NCBI RefSeq assembly: GCF_003334765.1 | Contig: NZ_QOWT01000118.1 | Length of the DNA stretch: 491 bases | Strand: one strand, 5' to 3' | Source of the DNA: Escherichia coli | GTDB lineage: Bacteria > Pseudomonadota > Gammaproteobacteria > Enterobacterales > Enterobacteriaceae | Part shown: positions 1-491 of the stretch, piece after piece | How the letters are laid out: each line of letters begins with the position of its first letter | Numbering within the stretch: position 1 is the first letter of the stretch | Program-made: the position numbers and the translations under genes | Notes under the pieces: model-generated | The model's input: the letters and a program-made list of their open reading frames with translations, nothing else | Database searches by the model: none | Told to the model about the DNA's origin: nothing

Positions 1-491
1 GAGCAGGCTGAAGCCCTCCGTCAGAAAGACCAGCAACTGAGTCTGGTTGAAGAGACGGAGGCCTTCCTGCGCTCTGCACTGGCACGTGCCGAAGAAAAGA
101 TCGAAGAAGATGAACGGGAAATAGAGCATCTGCGGGCTCAGATAGAAAAACTGCGCCGGATGCTGTTCGGAACCCGTTCTGAAAAACTGCGTCGTGAGGT
201 TGAACAGGCTGAAGCCCTGCTGAAACAACGCGAGCAGGAAAGCGATCGTTACAGTGGGCGTGAGGATGACCCGCTGGTTCCCCGCCAGTTGCGACAGTCG
301 CGCCATCGTCGTCCGTTACCGGCACATCTCCCCCGTGAAATATACCGCCTGGAGCCTGAAGAAAGCTGTTGCCCGGAGTGTGGCGGTGAGCTGGATTATC
401 TGGGGGAAGTCAGCGCAGAACAACTGGAACTGGTGAGCAGCGCCCTGAAAGTGATCCGCACAGAACGGGTAAAAAAAGCCTGTACAAAATG
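1..491 (+). CDS. tnpC: IS66-family transposase (TnpC/ORF3-like), N-terminal region; partial at both ends (start codon upstream of window, catalytic DDE region downstream)
   Basis: Seen in sequence: frame 1 is open across the entire window (163 codons, no stop), while frames 2 and 3 hit stops early (TGA at 38-40 and 9-11). Translation contains RRMLFGTRSEKL (nt 154-189), RRPLPAHLPRE (nt 307-339) and CCPEC-x33-CTK[C] (nt 367-491). Established knowledge: this combination and order (leucine zipper, then MLFGxxSEK, then PLPxxLPRE, then CxxC zinc finger) is the conserved N-terminal layout of IS66-family transposases. Not in the ORF track only because it has no stop within the window. Confidence 0.85.
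16..165 (+). other. Coiled-coil / leucine-zipper segment of the transposase (heptad-spaced hydrophobic residues)
   Basis: Seen in sequence: hydrophobic residues at window-frame positions L6, L13, L27, I34, I41, I48, L55 (7-residue spacing, one skip at position 20), with additional d-like positions L44 and L51. The intervening residues are strongly charged (E/K/R-rich), typical of a dimerisation coiled coil. Established knowledge: IS66 transposases carry an N-terminal leucine-zipper domain (Pfam family name LZ_Tnp_IS66, from memory). Confidence 0.6.
367..491 (+). other. Zinc-ribbon / zinc-finger motif CxxC-x33-CxxC of the IS66 transposase (last Cys codon truncated by window end)
   Basis: Seen in sequence: TGT TGC CCG GAG TGT at 367-381 encodes C-C-P-E-C; TGT ACA AAA TG at 481-491 encodes C-T-K and the first two bases of a probable Cys codon (TGY). 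The spacing between the two Cys pairs is exactly 33 codons (nt 382-480). Established knowledge: matches the zinc-finger domain found in IS66 transposases (Pfam family name zf-IS66, from memory). Confidence 0.7.

Larger units (their letters stand above)
1..491 (+). mobile_element. Internal segment of an IS66-family insertion sequence (transposase gene body; element ends not in window)
   Basis: Inference from the CDS call above. No terminal inverted repeats or target-site duplications are visible, so element boundaries, intactness and the exact IS name cannot be determined from this window. Confidence 0.75.

Noticed and set aside
9-40. Stop codons in the alternative + frames near the window start (TGA at 9-11 in frame 3, TGA at 38-40 in frame 2) as a possible end of the upstream IS66 tnpB gene overlapping tnpC
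   Set aside because: There is no way to tell from the window whether an upstream ORF reads into either frame. Frames 2 and 3 are also interrupted repeatedly elsewhere, so these are most likely incidental off-frame stops.
254-436. 60-aa ORF from the supplied track (frame 2, GTG start; MGVRMTRWFPASCDSRAIVVRYRHISPVKYTAWSLKKAVARSVAVSWIIWGKSAQNNWNW)
   Set aside because: It lies entirely within the strongly supported frame-1 transposase reading frame, in a different phase. It starts at GTG with no obvious Shine-Dalgarno sequence upstream, and its W/R/S-rich composition is typical of an off-frame reading of a real gene. It has no recognisable motif. Most likely a spurious overlapping ORF.
1-491. 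Minus-strand coding potential
   Set aside because: The ORF track reports no minus-strand ORF, and the plus-strand frame 1 fully accounts for the window with recognisable motifs. Nothing supports an antisense gene.
1-491. Terminal inverted repeats, target-site duplication, promoter, terminator, CRISPR repeats or tRNA/ncRNA structure
   Set aside because: None were seen. The window is internal to a coding region, contains no convincing GC-rich stem followed by a T-run, and no spaced repeat array. The A7 run at 471-477 is followed by GCC and lacks the preceding hairpin a terminator would need. Calling any regulatory site here would be unsupported.
1-491. Assignment to a specific named IS (for example ISEc8 or ISEc22) and to a specific host
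   Set aside because: The motifs and E. coli-like codon usage suggest an enterobacterial IS66-family element, but I cannot recall a reference sequence well enough to name the element without a database search. Left at family level.
1-491. A novel or undescribed biological system in this window
   Set aside because: The whole window is explained by one well-known protein family (IS66 transposase N-terminus). No unexplained ORFs, repeats or structured non-coding sequence remain. Any novelty would have to lie in the flanking DNA, which is not visible.

Overview
The whole 491-bp window is an internal fragment of a single + strand gene, open in frame 1 from nt 1 to nt 491 with no stop codon and truncated at both window edges. 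Its translation (EQAEALRQKDQQLSLVEETEAFLRSALARAEEKIEEDEREIEHLRAQIEKLRRMLFGTRSEKLRREVEQAEALLKQREQESDRYSGREDDPLVPRQLRQSRHRRPLPAHLPREIYRLEPEESCCPECGGELDYLGEVSAEQLELVSSALKVIRTERVKKACTK[C]) has the architecture I recognise as the N-terminal region of an IS66-family transposase (TnpC/ORF3 type): a heptad coiled coil, the conserved RRMLFGxxSEKL motif, an RxPLPxxLPRE linker, and a CxxC-x33-CxxC zinc ribbon. Codon usage (CTG Leu, CGT/CGC Arg, GAA Glu) looks enterobacterial. The window is therefore inside an insertion sequence, but I see no sequence evidence for a novel or undescribed system: no second gene, RNA gene, CRISPR array, terminal inverted repeat or supportable regulatory site. The only ORF in the supplied track (254..436, frame 2) is a GTG-initiated alternative-frame ORF nested in the transposase frame and is most likely spurious. 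The family assignment is from memory of protein motifs, not from a database search.
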